DNA of 64,000 bases from a virus (Duplodnaviria; Caudoviricetes). The position numbers and the translations under genes were made by a program. Below, piece by piece: positions 35,862-45,931 of the stretch (positions are counted from its first letter, which is position 1; each line of letters opens with the position of its first letter). The DNA lies in the IMG/VR virus record IMGVR_UViG_3300020577_008610, positions 1-64,000 of that record; one strand, written 5' to 3'. The notes below the pieces were generated by a model. It was not told where the DNA came from. It searched no databases and was given only the letters and a program-made list of their open reading frames with translations.

Positions 35862-36881
35862 TCATAGCGACTCCAATTTGTGCCGCAGAATCTCTGCAGT
35901 GGTAATGAGCTTGGCTCCTTCTCGGGCAGCCATGAACTGCTGTTTGGTCATCTGTCCTACATCGTTCAATTCCTTTGGAATTTCCAGCTTGCGGACAGAT
36001 ATTCCATACTCCAAAAGAAGCTTTGCCAGATTAAAAGTTTTGGGACGGGCATCATTGTCGAGAGCAAGTAGGATTGGCGTACTATTCTCGATAATTCGCT
36101 GAAAAAGAAGGTAAGAAGGATCAAGAGTTGACCCAAGAAGACACGTGGCATTCTCGTTGCATTTCACGAGGTCAAACACTCCTTCTACCAAAGTAAGTTC
36201 CTGGGACCAATCTATCATAAGTTCGTTAAATATCACACTCTCTCTAGGAATGTGTGGGTTGGCGTATTTGTTGCCTTTGAACTTACTCCACCACGTTCGG
36301 GCGCTGTAATAGTTCAAATTGCCCTTCACATCAAAAGAGGGGACAATCACCCTGAAGCGGTAGTCCTGTTCTCCTTTTGGGGCTTTGTGCTCAGTTACCC
36401 CAAACTTCCAAAGCCAAAAATCCTCCTTGGTGAGTCCGCGGCCATAAAGGTATTCCACAGCACCTTTGACCACTTTATTCTTACTCTCCAGGCGGTTGGC
36501 CAGAAGAGTGAACCCTTCTGGAAGGTGGAGTGGTGGAAGTGGCTCGGGTTCGGAAGGACGGTCGAACAGGTGGCTCAAATCCAGGGCAATACACCGACGG
36601 TACTTCTCTTTGGCTTTGATCTTGAACTTTTCCCGGTATTCCTGGAGGAGATGGGGCTTGTATCGAGAGAGAAGGTTGACGAGATTGGTGGACCTATAAT
36701 TGCATACCCAGCAGTGAGTCAGGAAATCATCCGTTCGGATGACCAATTTCCGCTTTTGGAGGTTGTCTTCCTTGTCAGCACAAACCGGACAGACCACAGA
36801 GGCGTTGAGACCCTGGTTCGAGAACGTTGCCGTCCCGAAAGCCCGCTCAATGAATTCGATGATTTGGCCTTGTGTATGCAT
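35862..36881 (-). CDS. DNA primase (DnaG/gp61-like)
   Basis: CPVC...HCWVC zinc finger, KYANP, and TOPRIM LVEGVFD and LALDND. Confidence 0.9.
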   Translation of the reverse strand: MHTQGQIIEFIERAFGTATFSNQGLNASVVCPVCADKEDNLQKRKLVIRTDDFLTHCWVCNYRSTNLVNLLSRYKPHLLQEYREKFKIKAKEKYRRCIALDLSHLFDRPSEPEPLPPLHLPEGFTLLANRLESKNKVVKGAVEYLYGRGLTKEDFWLWKFGVTEHKAPKGEQDYRFRVIVPSFDVKGNLNYYSARTWWSKFKGNKYANPHIPRESVIFNELMIDWSQELTLVEGVFDLVKCNENATCLLGSTLDPSYLLFQRIIENSTPILLALDNDARPKTFNLAKLLLEYGISVRKLEIPKELNDVGQMTKQQFMAAREGAKLITTAEILRHKLESL

Positions 36882-36886
36882 AGAAC

Positions 36887-37537
36887 CTAGGGGTGCAAAA
36901 TTTGTCCACCACGGCAAATTACCCAAGAGTCCAGTTCATCTTCAACGCCTTTTTCTGGAGCCACTGAGCCTTTCTTCTTCCCTACCTGGACGGTTCTTGT
37001 CTTGAAAGGCAGGTGTGGGTTGTTCAACAGGACAAACTCTCGCACCTTCTCTTTCACCGGTCTCTTGTCGCTCTTGTTGTTCTTGTAGCCGATCTTGGAC
37101 CTAGCACTCGTGACATTGATGTCCAGGACGGGTACGGAGTACCACTTGTGGGTCAGGTAGCTAACCAGAGCGTTCATCTTGGCCAAGGTGAACAGGGTGT
37201 CAGCGGAGGAAAACCCCATAGAGTAGCCCTTGGCATTAGCCTCCACGAAGATCCTGGAAACCTTCACATTCCTGGGAGGGTTCTGCTTGATCCAGTCGAT
37301 GACAGCATCCGCTTTGTCAAACAGGTTCGTCAACTTCGTGGAAGTCAACGGAACATGACCCATGAAATGCAAGGCCCCTGTCTTCTTGTCCAACATCACC
37401 ACACCCGTGATGGAGCTGGAGATGTCCAGGCCCAGGTCCACCTCCACCGGAGCTTGGGTCACTGGATGGTAATGGGAGGCTCCCAGAGCCTTTGCAACCG
37501 TCTCTGGATCCACCTTGGGCATGGTGGAAGGCTTCAC
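36887..37537 (-). CDS. RuvC-like Holliday junction resolvase
   Basis: LGLDISSSITG, IFVE and DELDSWVI. GTG start overlaps the upstream TGA. Confidence 0.8.
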   Translation of the reverse strand: MKPSTMPKVDPETVAKALGASHYHPVTQAPVEVDLGLDISSSITGVVMLDKKTGALHFMGHVPLTSTKLTNLFDKADAVIDWIKQNPPRNVKVSRIFVEANAKGYSMGFSSADTLFTLAKMNALVSYLTHKWYSVPVLDINVTSARSKIGYKNNKSDKRPVKEKVREFVLLNNPHLPFKTRTVQVGKKKGSVAPEKGVEDELDSWVICRGGQILHP

Positions 37538-38019
37538 TTTGAGACGGCCTTCTTGCGCCTCACAGGTGCCTTCCTTGGCCTCTTCTTTGGTTTGGGTGGA
37601 GATGGGTTCCGGGCTTCGTTGATCCTTTTGAGAGCTTGGATCATTGTATCCGACCAAAACTCGTATGTTGCTCCGTTTGCTTTTGCCCATATTTCTGCTG
37701 CCTTTGCTTTCTTCAACACTTTCGGATTGTTTAAGCGATCCTTCCGCTTCACTTCGACCAGTTTCTTTGTGCCGTCAACGTAGGTTACCAAGAAATCAGG
37801 GAAATATAAACGAATTTTGCCTGTCCGTGGGTTGGACAAGTACGGAATGGAAAGACACTCGTACCCGTATTCCTTCACAGATGGCTCAGAATCCAGGAAA
37901 ACGCACACTTCCTTCTCCCATCCCGACCTGTATTCAATGGGAGCAGCGCACTTGGAACTCCTGTGGATTCCGGTTTTGTAGCGTCTTTTTCGACGTCTTT
38001 TCTTCTTCGTGACTGCCAT
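37534..38019 (-). CDS. Head-completion nuclease (T4 gp4 / TnsA N-terminal-like)
   Basis: YRSGWE, YE.LSIPY, YFPDFLV and LVEVK PD-(D/E)xK motifs. Confidence 0.8.
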   Translation of the reverse strand: MAVTKKKRRRKRRYKTGIHRSSKCAAPIEYRSGWEKEVCVFLDSEPSVKEYGYECLSIPYLSNPRTGKIRLYFPDFLVTYVDGTKKLVEVKRKDRLNNPKVLKKAKAAEIWAKANGATYEFWSDTMIQALKRINEARNPSPPKPKKRPRKAPVRRKKAVSK

Positions 38020-38236
38020 AGCATCAGTATGCCACAAAAACAACCAGAAGGTCATTAGCGCAAAAGCGTGGAGGATAACCAAGAGGAGGGCAGGAGGAGG
38101 GAAGAAGAGAAAGGTTTGGGATAGAAAAGTCAGTCCTCTTGTCACTTATTTGGGGGGTACGTTAAGTAATCGACAAGGAAAATGGGAATGAGACGCTCGA
38201 ATACCCATAAACATGTCGCTGTGGACATGTACAACC

Positions 38237-40612
38237 TCAGAAATCCATCCGAACTTTGAAAAGGAACTTGTCTCCCGTACGGGAGACAATTGGCTGAGCA
38301 AGAGCTGTCCTGGTGATCACATTGAGGTTGTCGTCATGCAGGTTGATGCCTGTAATATAAACAAACCTCTGGTCCGTGTCATTTGCATCCGTTGAAGCTG
38401 AAACAGGCTCATAGTTCGGGTTACTGGAAGAAACGGTCGTCAGTGGCCTCTTAAAGAGGTTGTAGGTCAAAATGTGTGTATTCTGCTTGCCAGAGAACTG
38501 CAATTCAAACTGATCCACCCCGAAGAAGTAGAGGTGTGGATGCTTCAGGAGGATGATCCCTTCGTTGTAGAAGACATTCCCCACAGAAGCCCAATCTGGG
38601 TGAGAGCCCGAGGTGTTGGCACGGAAAATATTTCCTTCGCCATCATCTCGGAGAGTCATTTCCATCTTCCCGGAGGAACCCGTAAGATTCGTATCAGTAA
38701 GAACCACGGAACCTGGAAGGATTTGGAGACCATAGTACAGATTGGACACATCGAAGAAAACAACCTGATTAGACGAGTTATCTCCGGTCCTCTGAAGGAT
38801 GGTGTATCTTTCGTGTTCGCTGGGTGAATCGCCCAGGTTCTCTGGGCTGACTCCATTGAGTGCCCTTACAAGGGCTCCAGAAGCCTCTTGAACAGGCGTC
38901 TGAAAGAGTTCAATGGGAAGATAGTTCCGGAGCGTTACGAAGCCCGGATGGGTGCTTCCGTTGTCAGCAACGAACTGTGTTGCCTCCACCTTGTGAGGAG
39001 CTTGGAAACTTTGAGTTATGGATACAGGGAGTCCGGGAACGGCATAGTCATCCGGACCTGGGATCATGAAGGTGAAGTTTGGCAAGAAGTTGCCGTTGTC
39101 ATTCGGCAAAAGAGTTAAATGCCTCTTCAGGTTGCTACCTGAAGAGTACAGATACTCATTGAAGCTGGTAGGAACAGTAGCACTTCCTGTGATCGCCGAA
39201 GCGGTCAGATTGAATAGGCGAGCATATTTTCCGGTTGCGAAGTCCCTGGCAAAATTCTCCAGGTTAAGGTAGTGGCCATAGCCGCCAAAAGCAGCTTCAA
39301 CATTAATTGGAGTTACTGTGGTGCCATTGATTTCAAAGAAAGGAGTTGCCAGCACTCCTCCGTGGCCTCCAAAGAATGTCCTGAAAGGCGATTCTGTGCT
39401 GTAGAAGGGCGGAAGGTAGAATTTCAGCCGGTCATGCAAGAGGGCACTTCCGGAAACAGGCCCTCCTGTTTGCAGGAAGTCCACTTCGTCATTGCTCAGG
39501 TATCTGCCGTAAATCTTCAATTCATGGACTTCGGCATTCAGACCATGGTCTAGGAGATAGCCTGGAGGCCATTGACCAATGTCATCAACGAGTTGATCGA
39601 GTCCATCCCTTGGAGAAACTTCATTGGTGAAGAAGTAAGGAACGGCTTGCCCTTCGAAGAAGTTGCCAATGAAGAGGCAGTTCTCATTGTGGTAATCCGT
39701 CATACTGGCCGACGGGATCACAAAGGTTCCTACAGTGTTCCCATTCACCACAAAAGAACCGGAGCCCTGGTTGTAGCCTGTGGTTCCCCAACGGATGGAT
39801 ACGTGGTGCCACGTGTTTCTGCGTAGAGCATTGTCATCCGAGAAGAAGACAAGGTTGTAGGGGTAACTTCCAGAGTAAGCTTGCGATGGCTGTATTTCAG
39901 CTGAATGACTCAGTTGAAGACATAGCTTATAGCCATCCACTTTGCCATTTATGTCCCTGGAGGATCCAGACATTAAGGAAATGGCATATGAGCTGGACCT
40001 GTGGAACACTGTTCCTGCTTTGAAGTCGGCTCCCTTGTAGTCGTTGGTGTAACGAGGATTGATCCAAAAGTCAAAGGTAAAGGCACCAGTTACAGCGTAC
40101 TGGCGGTTTTTGTCAGCATAGATGAAGGCTGTGTCTTCCGGAAGACCTGAACTTGTGATGAAATTCAGACTGTGGTAGTTCGTGAAGGCAAAGTGAGCTT
40201 CAGGGTATGCTCCACGGTAGTATGGCATCAGGTTGTTCATCACAACCTTCTTTCGAAGGGTGTTCGAACTGAAGTGAGCTGAAGGCTCAAACCTGATCAC
40301 TCCCACGGTCTGCTGTTTACGCAAAGACATGGACTGGGAATTTACGTTCCGCAGGTAGTCCTGGAGCATTCCAGTTTTGTTGGTAGCCGAATTCTGGACA
40401 ATTGCGTTCCGGATGCCATCCAGGTCTTGGTCAATGAAAGACCCCGAGAAGATGGAGAGAGGATGCACTTCCTTCTCAAAAGGGCTTCTCCGGGCAAAGA
40501 CATGGAGAGTCCCACTTACGACACCTTGGGAGCTGGACGAAAAAGTCCTTGGCGGGGTTGTCGTAAGGGTAAACGTCTCTATGTCATCAGGGTTGATCCT
40601 CTGGATGGTCAC
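38237..40612 (-). CDS. Virion structural protein with LamG-like domain (baseplate/tail)
   Basis: FTFDFWI, WHHVSI and ELKIY LamG pattern. C-terminal YITGINLHD...KVRMDF shared with 41376..42524. Confidence 0.65.
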   Translation of the reverse strand: MTIQRINPDDIETFTLTTTPPRTFSSSSQGVVSGTLHVFARRSPFEKEVHPLSIFSGSFIDQDLDGIRNAIVQNSATNKTGMLQDYLRNVNSQSMSLRKQQTVGVIRFEPSAHFSSNTLRKKVVMNNLMPYYRGAYPEAHFAFTNYHSLNFITSSGLPEDTAFIYADKNRQYAVTGAFTFDFWINPRYTNDYKGADFKAGTVFHRSSSYAISLMSGSSRDINGKVDGYKLCLQLSHSAEIQPSQAYSGSYPYNLVFFSDDNALRRNTWHHVSIRWGTTGYNQGSGSFVVNGNTVGTFVIPSASMTDYHNENCLFIGNFFEGQAVPYFFTNEVSPRDGLDQLVDDIGQWPPGYLLDHGLNAEVHELKIYGRYLSNDEVDFLQTGGPVSGSALLHDRLKFYLPPFYSTESPFRTFFGGHGGVLATPFFEINGTTVTPINVEAAFGGYGHYLNLENFARDFATGKYARLFNLTASAITGSATVPTSFNEYLYSSGSNLKRHLTLLPNDNGNFLPNFTFMIPGPDDYAVPGLPVSITQSFQAPHKVEATQFVADNGSTHPGFVTLRNYLPIELFQTPVQEASGALVRALNGVSPENLGDSPSEHERYTILQRTGDNSSNQVVFFDVSNLYYGLQILPGSVVLTDTNLTGSSGKMEMTLRDDGEGNIFRANTSGSHPDWASVGNVFYNEGIILLKHPHLYFFGVDQFELQFSGKQNTHILTYNLFKRPLTTVSSSNPNYEPVSASTDANDTDQRFVYITGINLHDDNLNVITRTALAQPIVSRTGDKFLFKVRMDF

Positions 40613-40634
40613 GCTTGAACTCCCTTACTCCTTC

Positions 40635-41333
40635 CTAAGTAGCAGGATTGGGCTTCTTGGGCCGCTTGTTGCGAAAAGTGTCAGTTCGCTCATGGCAATC
40701 AATGCAAAGTGTTCTGCCGTTGTTGATGTCCCAGAGTGCCTCACAGCCAACACTATCTTCCACAGACTTCACATTGCATTCTCGGATAATGTCTGCAGAC
40801 TTTTTGATGTGATCGGCATTGATAGCTTTCGAAGCATTTCCGCACCATACACACTTGAAACCATCTCTCTGAAAAACAGCTAGACGCCACTGAGCGTATT
40901 TTTCTGTTTGTCGGATTGCTAAATTCAACAAAGTTTTGCGTTTTCCTGCTGGTTTCCAGTTTGGATTGTTTGTTCCTTTGTGGTTTCGAGCGCCATTGGC
41001 GAACTGCTGTTTGTGGATTTGGGAAACCTTGGTTGCCATCACAGCAACCCTAGAATCCGACTCCTTGGTCAATCCCTTGATCCAAGTTGGTTGTCCTTTT
41101 GTTGGACCCTCTTTGCCATAGAAATGATGCCTCTCTCCCGATTTTGCACAAGACTTGGAGCAAAACCTGGAGGTTCTTCGGTGAGCAATGGAGGCCACAT
41201 ACGGCTTCTTGCAAGCTTCGCACAATCGTTCCAGTGGTTCTTTCCGGCAAGCAACCGAACAGTAGTTTTTTTCCTTGACAGCGGAAGGAACTCTTTCAAA
41301 TTCCTTCGAGCATCGAGCACATATCACCAACAT
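40635..41333 (-). CDS. HNH homing endonuclease with Zn-finger repeats
   Basis: CxxC/YCSxxC repeats and WR.AVFQRD..C..C...DH...NNGRTLC..CH. Own ATACTTA motif and GAGG SD. Confidence 0.85.
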   Translation of the reverse strand: MLVICARCSKEFERVPSAVKEKNYCSVACRKEPLERLCEACKKPYVASIAHRRTSRFCSKSCAKSGERHHFYGKEGPTKGQPTWIKGLTKESDSRVAVMATKVSQIHKQQFANGARNHKGTNNPNWKPAGKRKTLLNLAIRQTEKYAQWRLAVFQRDGFKCVWCGNASKAINADHIKKSADIIRECNVKSVEDSVGCEALWDINNGRTLCIDCHERTDTFRNKRPKKPNPAT

Positions 41334-41375
41334 GACAACCTCACGTTGTAAGTATGTACTGAATTGTTGCATATG

Positions 41376-42524
41376 CTAGAAGTCCAATCGCACTTTGAAG
41401 GCAATATCTCTCTCATCGTCCTTAAGCACAGGCCGGGAAAGCTTTGCAACAGCCAAGAGATTGTCCAGAGCGTCATACAGGCCAATTCCGGTGATGAAGA
41501 CAAAGCTTCGCTGGGACTCCTCTTGACCCTCATCGATCACCACAATCCTGCTGTCCGTGTCCGTGTAGGTAGGATTGCTGGAATAGTTGAACTCGTCCGC
41601 AGCCGCCCGACAGAAAAACAGGGCACTGTTGATGTTGGTGATGTTCTGAAAGGTCATGGCCGTCTGTGTTGACCCCGAGAACCTTGTTGTAGCAATGTGG
41701 TCCACGATGTTGTCAATCGAGGCAGAAGCCAGGAACTGGTTGAACGAACCCGTGAACGGAACCTGCCCGGAAACGCTCATTCCATCAATGGTCCCTGTCA
41801 AGTAAGTGGTTGCCGTATTTTGAGCAGAGAAAATTTGACCCATATCCAGGACGGCGATTCCTCTGTCAATGAACAAAAGACCAACCTGTTTGCTCACATT
41901 GGCTGAATTCAGAATGGCCGAGACCTGGCCTCCGAAGCTCAGGCTTTTGTTAACGGAAGAGCTGAGGTCGGTATAGATAGCTCCGCTGGTTGCCTGAGAG
42001 GTTAGGAGGGTGCCAGTCTGGAAAAGTTGAACTGCAAAGGTTTCCCTCTTGATTTGATCACGAGAGAATAACCTCTTGAAGCAAATGAACAAAGCCTCGT
42101 TGATGACATTTGTGGTAGAATCCGAAGTGAAGCTGAACTGCTCATTTGCATTCCCAAGAAGAGAGCCCGCCATCTGTCGATAGAGATCAATCTTCTCACG
42201 CATCATTAAGGACTGTGAAGGGAAGGTGTATTTCCCATTTAAGTCAAGAACAGGGGAGGTTCCAGAAACAACAGCTGAGTTGACATGCAACCCAATGGTC
42301 ATGTCAAAAACAGGATTTGCCGTTTGGAGAGAAAAATCCTGATCAAAAACAGTCTGGAAAAGGGAACTGGTAACCCCAGGCCCCAAACCGCCTGTTACAA
42401 AAACTTGATACTTGCGTCTAGTGACAGACCCCGAGATGTCCTCCTGGATGACGTCAACCAACTGGTTGAGGAAAGACCGGGAGGTCTTGATGTCTTCAGC
42501 TCCGAATTCCTTGAAGGTTGCCAC
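41376..42524 (-). CDS. Virion structural protein (baseplate/tail)
   Basis: C-terminal FNYSSNPTY...ITGIGLYD...AVAKLSRP...KVRLDF, paralogous to 38237..40612. Confidence 0.65.
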   Translation of the reverse strand: MATFKEFGAEDIKTSRSFLNQLVDVIQEDISGSVTRRKYQVFVTGGLGPGVTSSLFQTVFDQDFSLQTANPVFDMTIGLHVNSAVVSGTSPVLDLNGKYTFPSQSLMMREKIDLYRQMAGSLLGNANEQFSFTSDSTTNVINEALFICFKRLFSRDQIKRETFAVQLFQTGTLLTSQATSGAIYTDLSSSVNKSLSFGGQVSAILNSANVSKQVGLLFIDRGIAVLDMGQIFSAQNTATTYLTGTIDGMSVSGQVPFTGSFNQFLASASIDNIVDHIATTRFSGSTQTAMTFQNITNINSALFFCRAAADEFNYSSNPTYTDTDSRIVVIDEGQEESQRSFVFITGIGLYDALDNLLAVAKLSRPVLKDDERDIAFKVRLDF

Positions 42525-42541
42525 GTAATAACTCCTTGATT

Positions 42542-43333
42542 TTACTCTGTTTTTTGCTGTGCAATGTGTCTTAGCAAGAGCTGTTTGCCTCGTCCAGCAA
42601 ACGAATCAGTTGCTTCGTGACAAGGAATACATAGCGTTCTGCCATTCTTTGTATCCCACAGCGGTTTACACTTCACCGCATCTTCTACGCATTGAATTTT
42701 GTGGTCAAACAGCAAAATTGAGTACTGAACGAGATGATCAACTTGAAAAGGACCTCGTTGGATCCCGCACTCTTGACATGAGTAGCCATCTCTTTCAAAG
42801 CAGGCTCTTCTCCATTGTTTGTACTGAATAGTTTCTCGAATCTGCTTGTAGAGTGTGGTTACTCCACCATTCCAATTTGGGTTGTTTTCGCCCTTCATGT
42901 CCTCTCGGGTTTGACCGTAAAGAGGATGATTGCTGCCAGCGTACTTGCCCACTCTGGCTTCTGATATCTTCCGTTTGGACTCTTCCGACATCTTCTTGCC
43001 TTGGCGAACTTTTCTCATCTTGGCTTTGGTGACTTCAGAGTGACATTTGCCTGTCATAGTTGGCCGAATGGCTGCCAATCGTACCTTTTCTTCTTCTGAA
43101 ACACCATTGAGGCGGCGTTCCTCATTGGCTTTGATGACATTCTGAATCACTTTGGTTTTGTGCTCTTCCGAAAGTCTGCGACCAGTAAGGGCTTGCGAGA
43201 CAGAACGAGTGGGAATCCCAAACTTACGAAGGTAATTTTGGATCGTAGGCGTAGAGCACCCTGCCAGTTTGGCAATTACTGCCATTGACAGACCTTCCAC
43301 AAGGTACTTCTGGCTCAACCACTCGTATTCCAT
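42542..43333 (-). CDS. HNH homing endonuclease with HTH and NUMOD3 repeats
   Basis: HSEVTKAKMR and SEESKRKIS repeats, NPNWNGG, and WR..CFERD..C..C...DH...NGRTLC..CH. Confidence 0.85.
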   Translation of the reverse strand: MEYEWLSQKYLVEGLSMAVIAKLAGCSTPTIQNYLRKFGIPTRSVSQALTGRRLSEEHKTKVIQNVIKANEERRLNGVSEEEKVRLAAIRPTMTGKCHSEVTKAKMRKVRQGKKMSEESKRKISEARVGKYAGSNHPLYGQTREDMKGENNPNWNGGVTTLYKQIRETIQYKQWRRACFERDGYSCQECGIQRGPFQVDHLVQYSILLFDHKIQCVEDAVKCKPLWDTKNGRTLCIPCHEATDSFAGRGKQLLLRHIAQQKTE

Positions 43334-43336
43334 GTT

Positions 43337-44056
43337 TTAGCTCAACTTATTGATTTGGACTTCGAATTCTTTGACGGCCCCAGACTGCACCCCAGAGATT
43401 CGAACGAATGTCGAGATGAGGTTCTTATTGAACTTGGCTCCGTAAATCTGGAACTGAGCCTCGGTGATGGCCTTCACCCCAATCGTGAAAGTTACCTGAG
43501 AGCCGCCTACCGAGTTCTCCGTGGTATCACGGGATAGAATGTAGGTCGCCCTTTGCTGTACGTCAATATTATCAGCAGCACGGGAAAGCACCTGGACAAA
43601 TTTGTTGTCCATGTCCAGGATAAAAGCTTGGTCCCGAAGCTCCACATCAATTGTGGTCTCGCCACCTCCGATAGACTGCTGTACTGTGATTTGACGAGTC
43701 TTGTTGGTCGTTGTACCAATCGACACTGTGTTATTCGTGGAATCAATACCGAGACCACCAGCCAGAGCCAAGTTGGGAAGTCGAATCAGGTTTGGGTTCG
43801 ACAGAGACACACACCGATTCTTCATGGCATAGGCCCCATTGGTCAGTGCCTCAAAAATCGGAGTGTTCTTCTCAATTTTCTCTTTGCCAACCGTACGGCC
43901 AAACTGTTGGATAATCGTGTAGTCTACCTCATCATCCCCAGGAGCCCACTTGATAATGGAAAAACTTCCATCGTTCCGAGCCAGAAGTTGACGACCCGTA
44001 TCAGTCAGGGCAGCGTCCAGGATGATGTTGTTCGTGTCTTGCTGTAGAAAACCCAT
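43337..44056 (-). CDS. Virion structural protein
   Basis: MGFL...ILDAALTDTGR...GDDEVDY N-terminus shared with 52558..53574. CTAATTA motif upstream. Confidence 0.6.
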   Translation of the reverse strand: MGFLQQDTNNIILDAALTDTGRQLLARNDGSFSIIKWAPGDDEVDYTIIQQFGRTVGKEKIEKNTPIFEALTNGAYAMKNRCVSLSNPNLIRLPNLALAGGLGIDSTNNTVSIGTTTNKTRQITVQQSIGGGETTIDVELRDQAFILDMDNKFVQVLSRAADNIDVQQRATYILSRDTTENSVGGSQVTFTIGVKAITEAQFQIYGAKFNKNLISTFVRISGVQSGAVKEFEVQINKLS

Positions 44057-44092
44057 TGCTCACCTTATCGCAGCTTTGCTGCTCTGTGCTAA

Positions 44093-45931
44093 TTAGAAAG
44101 GTCTTCCTGTTCTCACGCCAGGAAGAGAATTTGAAACTGCTGCTGGATCGGTAACATTTTTTACGGTAGGGACGCTCGTAAGCCGAACGTCCTGCAAGGT
44201 AATATCCACACTTGCTTGAGTTTGGAGGTCAACGTTGATGAGCTGAAGGCGGTACTTGCCATTGAGTCGGTTCGTCTTTAAAAGACCCAAATCTGCCCCA
44301 AGTCCATCCAGCAATGTCAAATACTCTGGGTTAAAAACCACTCGTATATTTGTGTGGTCCGAATCCTTCATTGTATCCACGAACGTATCAGCGTTCAGGT
44401 AAGCATTTGGATACTGTTTTGGGGCTCCGGAAACAGAAACCAACTTCTTGACAAGCCTATTGGCAAAACGGTCGAAAGAAACCTGCAGTTGCAGAGAGTA
44501 GTTCGAGGTCAGTCCGTGGGCATCAATTGCAGCTACAGCGTAGATATAGTTCGAGTCCTTCCCGAACTCATGATCCATATAGAAGCCGACAAAACTAGAG
44601 GTTCTCTCTACCAGCTCGGGAAGGGGATATTCGCTCAGCTCAATTTTTGTGTTGGTGTTGTTGAAGTCCCACATCTTAATGAGCTGGAAAGGGTCTGCTA
44701 TGCTTTTCCGGCGAAAGAGTTGGATGTACTTGATGTCTTGCTGCGGGTTGACCGGTAGATTCCAGGTGCAACGAAGAGCTCTCTCTCCATAGTCCCAGGC
44801 AACGTTGAAGTCAGCGGGAGGGGGAGGTGGAACCATTTCAACAGTGTTGACCTTAACTTCCGGAGTGAATTTACTTCCCACCAAGAAAGAAACCAGAAGG
44901 TTCTGCTTTGACTTCACATCCACAGCTCTAGCTTCCACCAAGTAGACAGCCCGAATGCGGTAGAAGTAGGAAGAGTTGTATTTTACCTGTCCGTCGAAAG
45001 TAACAGCCGTCCTGGGGTCCTCAATGATGATTTGAGGATGTATCTCGATTGAGCTATCCGACTTGATCTCCTTCTTCTCAATAATATAGCCAAGGCTATG
45101 GACGACCGGCGCATAACCGTTAGTGTCGGCCGATCTGTACCCCACATAAGACAATACCTCAAACTCGTAATCCAGCGGGGACATCAGATTGGAGTTGGCG
45201 TTGGTCACTGCTATGTCCTGAATGTGCTGAATGTCATTTAAGAATGTTCTAGCACTCAACTCATCAGAGAAAATACCAACCGAGTCGGCTCGAACGGTGT
45301 TGACCACAGGTACAAGAAGACGGTTGTTTACCCTAGCACTCAAAGCCACCTTCTGAATTCTATCTGTAATCGCCAAGGCTGCCTCTCGCTGATTGGAGAA
45401 GGTTACTCCTTGCCGTGTGAGATCCGAAATTATTTCGGCCAGGAATTGAGCTGATACTTGGTCGGGCGTGTTATTGTTGATCAGCCTAATAAGCTCATTT
45501 GCGGACTGAGTGTTGTTGAAGTCCGGCAAAAGTTTTGCTAGTTGGTCCACAAAAAACTTCAACTTCAGGTCCACTCCAGTGTCCTGGTAATTGAAAGTGG
45601 TATAATCCCTGTTGGTAAAGGTCTCTTCGGAATGTAGCTTTTCCAGGTTAGCTCGAATAGAGACCGTTCCTCTGGCCATGTTGGTATCCGCATTGATAAC
45701 AATGGGTTTCCATTGGAGCTTCACAAGCCTTGGAAGCCTCCTGGTTCTAGACACATAGGAAGCATCAAAAGTTTCCGATGGAAGCTGCTTCTCAGCAGCC
45801 TGGGAGGAGCCAAGGCCGTTTTCGAACTCATCGGCTGTCCAGTAGAAGTACTGGAATTCGGCATCAAGAGTTTCCACCTCTGGCACATCCAGGAGGGCAA
45901 CATTTTTGGAAGGTAATGATTCAATTCCCAT
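44093..45931 (-). CDS. Large virion protein with FN3/Ig-like domains
   Basis: YFYRIRAV, PPPPADF..W and YIYAVAAID beta-sandwich patterns. TAATG-coupled. Confidence 0.55.
   Translation of the reverse strand: MGIESLPSKNVALLDVPEVETLDAEFQYFYWTADEFENGLGSSQAAEKQLPSETFDASYVSRTRRLPRLVKLQWKPIVINADTNMARGTVSIRANLEKLHSEETFTNRDYTTFNYQDTGVDLKLKFFVDQLAKLLPDFNNTQSANELIRLINNNTPDQVSAQFLAEIISDLTRQGVTFSNQREAALAITDRIQKVALSARVNNRLLVPVVNTVRADSVGIFSDELSARTFLNDIQHIQDIAVTNANSNLMSPLDYEFEVLSYVGYRSADTNGYAPVVHSLGYIIEKKEIKSDSSIEIHPQIIIEDPRTAVTFDGQVKYNSSYFYRIRAVYLVEARAVDVKSKQNLLVSFLVGSKFTPEVKVNTVEMVPPPPPADFNVAWDYGERALRCTWNLPVNPQQDIKYIQLFRRKSIADPFQLIKMWDFNNTNTKIELSEYPLPELVERTSSFVGFYMDHEFGKDSNYIYAVAAIDAHGLTSNYSLQLQVSFDRFANRLVKKLVSVSGAPKQYPNAYLNADTFVDTMKDSDHTNIRVVFNPEYLTLLDGLGADLGLLKTNRLNGKYRLQLINVDLQTQASVDITLQDVRLTSVPTVKNVTDPAAVSNSLPGVRTGRPF

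Noticed and set aside
36887-37537. Cas12/TnpB-like RuvC effector
   Set aside because: Only about 216 aa, with no zinc finger or CRISPR array nearby. It fits a resolvase.
37534-38019. Tn7-like transposon from the TnsA-like motif
   Set aside because: No TnsB, TnsC or terminal repeats. The context fits a T4 gp4-like head-completion nuclease.
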